Shown here: piece after piece, positions 16,301-17,350 of the stretch
Layout of the letters: each line of letters starts with the position of its first letter
Position numbering within the stretch: the first letter of the stretch is position 1
Assembly: GCA_039000165.1 (NCBI GenBank)
Contig: JAWBTW010000016.1
Location: 1 to 17,350, forward strand
Direction of reading: 5' to 3'
Length of the DNA stretch: 17,350 nucleotides
Source: Candidatus Aenigmatarchaeota archaeon
GTDB taxonomy: Archaea; Aenigmatarchaeota; Aenigmatarchaeia; CG10238-14; SCSR01
The notes under the pieces: generated by a model
The model's database searches: none
The model's input: only the letters and a program-made list of their open reading frames with translations
What the model was told of the DNA's origin: nothing
Position numbers and translations under genes: made by a program

Positions 16301-17350
16301 GCAAGCTTATATCTTTTACCCAAATCGTTTCTATAGCTTCTTTTATGTTTGGTGAATAGTACTGAGTAGCGTTTTCTCCTATAGAACAATTAAAAGTAAT
16401 GTTTCCTTTTTGTGTTGGAATAAAAACATAACTTGCATAGCCAGAAGAATTAGTTGTATAACTTCCGTTAAATATAAATTCAGAGGAAGGTTCCCACTTG
16501 TAAGAAAAGTTGACCTCATAATCAGAAATTCCTGCTCCAGATTCATGATCTTTTACCAAACAAGTTGGATAGAATTCTTCTGGATAGGGAGTTATTCCTA
16601 TTGGCGAAACCCAAACAACATCTGCTAAACCAGTTATTATTATACTAACGTTTGATTTTCCATCTTCATAATAACTTTTGCTTGCAATTGCCATAAGCTG
16701 ATGAGGTCCTGTTCTTTGCTGAGCAACTATTGGCTGAGGCAGAGTTACTTCCAAGCCTACGGCAAGCAATGCAGTTTCGTTGTACCATTTAACTGTCGGG
16801 TTAAGAACAGAAGAGTTTTCTCCATTTTCACTTATTACAGTTGCGCTTAAATCTATAGCTTCTGATTTTGGATGAAGACTTTCGTTTAGTGGTGAAGTAA
16901 TGTTAACAAATAAAATTCCTTTAACTGTTATTGAAGTTGAATTGGTTAGAGAATCTTCATTTCCTGGCCTTGTTGCGTTTATGTATATTACATAAGGTGA
17001 AGGAGTGTAATCGTCTGGCGGGTTAAAGTCAATTAGCTCGCACCATCCTGTTGAGTTTGTTAAGCAACTGAATAAGAAATGAGTTGAGTTGTAAAAGCTA
17101 ACGTTTGCGTTGCTAGCATGCCCTATTTGAGCATCCCTAACATGAACGCTTATGTTTGTTTGGTATGGAGTGAAAGAATCGTTTCTATAAACCCAAGGAT
17201 ATTGAGGAATTATTTGATCAATTTGTAAAGGTCTGCTGAGCCTTATCCAAGTTTCCATTTGTGCTAAAGTAGCGTTATAGTATAAAGTTGAGTTGCTTTC
17301 AATAAAACAAGTTAAGTTGTACCATCCTGCCCCTTCCAAGTTAGTGTACC
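10350..17350 (-). CDS. Giant cell-surface protein (Ig-like repeats, Cys-rich motif, Pro/Gly linker, single TM) fused to a C-terminal cytoplasmic HerA/FtsK/VirB4-superfamily (DUF87-like) P-loop ATPase; 5'-partial
   Basis: The frame is open to the window edge (..YTN-LEGAGWY), so TTG 17339 is probably an internal Leu. The TM WLTYVILFVVVPLLIIGI lies at ~11470-11525. Walker A HSIAAGGTGSGKS has GGTGSGKS at 11271-11294, followed by VIVFDP. Walker B LLLVYDEVH has YDEVH at 10896-10910, followed by REFRKWGIGVFLISQ (HerA-type R-E-x-R-K-x-G...SQ). Confidence 0.93.
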   Translation of the reverse strand, partial: YTNLEGAGWYNLTCFIESNSTLYYNATLAQMETWIRLSRPLQIDQIIPQYPWVYRNDSFTPYQTNISVHVRDAQIGHASNANVSFYNSTHFLFSCLTNSTGWCELIDFNPPDDYTPSPYVIYINATRPGNEDSLTNSTSITVKGILFVNITSPLNESLHPKSEAIDLSATVISENGENSSVLNPTVKWYNETALLAVGLEVTLPQPIVAQQRTGPHQLMAIASKSYYEDGKSNVSIIITGLADVVWVSPIGITPYPEEFYPTCLVKDHESGAGISDYEVNFSYKWEPSSEFIFNGSYTTNSSGYASYVFIPTQKGNITFNCSIGENATQYYSPNIKEAIETIWVKDISLPKIFNFSVIPNSSIEANLNLTYINATIIDNYGIESVWANITLPNGSIVIVPMSNISVPETGFGFFRATYSASYLPPIGGEYNISVYARDYPPESNVNSTFVGNISVWGKISGLVEQLPAYVVAYNITQTQGFTFEVSVNFTNLGPATAYSVNLTHAEDPLGSLTYNESRKECGTVYAGQTCSWVFKITVPEKTSPQLIRAYTIATWQNPDKTVEQKLNETSITVSSNPVIEVIPKSINKTTPHDLTTYIGNITTYASGNDEVRDVSISTVGGNLAFDCPLCVLSIIPNSYGLLPAGESFVSDITITVPAGQAPGIYWTKVRASSSNAGYDEMLLNLTIPINTSWIRSPESFGYVLLPLNTSGTIGNITVTNIGNVKIPFEILKSGNGSIFVTAYPSGAKGTTAFDLEKQVSRNVSVDYSVPWNAYQAIYTVNIVIRNVTFANPPERITTIILNVTDVPPTITDIIVEPRVFEIGFENVTIQAKITDNFAVDKAWVNITLPNGSSFVQFMGSFAGSIYNTTYSSLQEGIHLIRICANDTRSLEGCTSPIEVEGSATTRLEIIPNITHILANDITIEYGQSFAVNITLNNTGGSRAFDSNLTIDSGFISSEPSFFDFGTILKWKSKSNITLISIPNGTEAGIYYINLTAEWKNLNETYNSSSAQILVNVTPNPKLKVIEENITKIIPPGAKDSVNITLKSIGNKNVTNVEINCTRGIVCQDFNVSFKPKNFTSIPIGETRQVNVSFEVPPNYLAGTHNGTIEIRWDSEFYLELPVFITVPVNITWEHNPKVLSSYVLQDDKGYFGSIDIINTGNSEIELELIKTGEIAPYLNLSETRIVLPYNEIKTIHITYSSPDIQFDKNYTGKIISNITGSLRENATEKTRETFVSMFVSVYKVKIISPTSFNPITGVVSGSEILAKVNITANSSFVTQNVSFNVSIFDYERKAEAFVSSAYYNSTEKLWFVRFIAPELEEARVYNLNITASYNGTRYLVRSDIENDSIVYRDTQAPLIELITPVRIPANSTVRVLVNVTESGGIKNISGEITYPDNTTQNISFTLISRIKDNYLFEYNLTNTSSLGNYTISAFVCDLSKNCNSASKSFEIYPVAIFSGYAKDLEQISEPALRVNFKFYDQGSETIRFDFNSNASDGYYNETIDMKTYDLKISLLEPTFSHQILLYNLTIATDYFNPIVFGNVPNVRTTSSAVKGVYLNTILRPAYFILKINFSDCVLGLCNVPIHDPNKLGIYKYSGNWTPKVSTAQNTNWVRITNREMDNSDKSVNLTDYTVTVNLSDIRGVYILAEFICGNGECESEAGESTSNCPIDCPAIPPAPQVPIYIPPTIPPIVGGPGGPGGPGAGPAAPPVALVPLEVKTTLIETTLTPGEEKVFSIDVTNNLDTATNVRITVEGPVFQLLTVQKPTFTVAPKSTEVTAVRAYAPPRIAPGIYTGDLVVTAGNIVHRTPVTIVVQQVPEPLLDVSVKILSKAINPGTNLTFEVKLINMGPTAKVEDITVTYTVKPLNEDRIITTSKETLAVETEKTYVRSLEIPSDTPEGRYVLEVNASYWYGIKYAISTDSFEVTVLPLPIFILRSVFMHWLTYVILFVVVPLLIIGIKWYGAYRAAKAAKARYIAPVEFKKLPQPGPNSIEVGKIAETDVKAYLDISQLLMHSIAAGGTGSGKSVSAMVCAEELLKRKVPVIVFDPTAQWTGFMKPCRFKEMLDLYPKFGLKPTDARSFKTNIIVVEDPEMPIDIKKYMNPGEITVFVMNRLPPEQLDKFVRRSIQAIFDMRPPESKQIKLLLVYDEVHRLLPKYGGKGGYVAIERACREFRKWGIGVFLISQVLQDFKGAIRANIANEIQLRTKYEGDIGRVRSKYGMDYASRVTKLTVGTGMVQNPEYNYGKPWFVSFRPLLHSPFALTDEELNLYMKLTKKIEELEKRIEKLKAKKVDTYDVEIELNIAKDKVKTAAFKMAETYLESVEKRIEKMGG
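12216..12395 (-). other. Cys-rich motif (CGNGECESEAGESTSNCPIDC) followed by a Pro/Gly low-complexity linker with (GGP)3
   Basis: Read directly from the translation. The Cys motif spans 12333-12395 and the linker PAIPPAPQVPIYIPPTIPPIVGGPGGPGGPGAGPAAPP spans ~12216-12332. Confidence 0.85.
13620..16313 (-). repeat. Tandem ~460-aa four-domain super-repeat (2 copies) inside the giant protein, with a third partial copy starting at 13292
   Basis: Units start at DISLPK (16313) and DVPPTI (14936), 1377 bp apart. Colinear matches include WANITLPNGS/WVNITLPNGS (18/20 nt identical at 16168-16187 vs 14797-14816), AYNITQTQG/ANDITIEYG, VSSNPVIEV/VTPNPKLKV and IPINTSW/VPVNITW. Confidence 0.75.

Noticed and set aside
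8692..16628. Shadow ORFs 8692-9075, 9595-10155, 10142-10333, 12115-12300, 12157-12348, 14407-14607, 14812-15018, 14859-15047, 15912-16268, 16410-16628
   Set aside because: They are fully nested in the coiled-coil or giant genes, antisense or off-frame, with no independent evidence.
17337..17339. TTG start of the 2329-aa ORF
   Set aside because: The frame stays open to 17350 and no signal peptide follows, so the gene begins outside the window.
1..17350. CRISPR array, tRNA/rRNA, intein
   Set aside because: All intergenic gaps are 81 bp or shorter and AT-rich. I see no spaced repeats, and the ATPase motifs are not interrupted.

Overview
AT-rich, gene-dense window, most likely from a DPANN-type archaeon. 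This is inferred from the N-glycosylation-sequon-rich surface proteins, the stand-alone receiver and the E/K-rich proteins; there is no marker gene. It has two parts. (1) Minus-strand cell-envelope genes: a giant, 5'-truncated (>2330 aa) protein made of many Ig-like/beta-sandwich domains, a Cys-rich motif, a Pro/Gly linker, one TM helix and a compact cytoplasmic HerA/FtsK/VirB4-superfamily ATPase. It abuts a 564-aa coiled-coil gene. A DUF2341-like secreted protein gene, missing from the ORF track, runs off the left edge (1..1260). (2) A ~7.3 kb signal-transduction cluster between them: a triple-PAS protein with no output domain, an orphan family-5 solute-binding protein overlapping a TM-HAMP histidine kinase, an 8-TM protein, a small helical protein, a MEDS protein split by a -1 frameshift, a stand-alone receiver and a CheC-like phosphatase with one intact active site. 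No RNA genes, CRISPR arrays or mobile elements were recognised.
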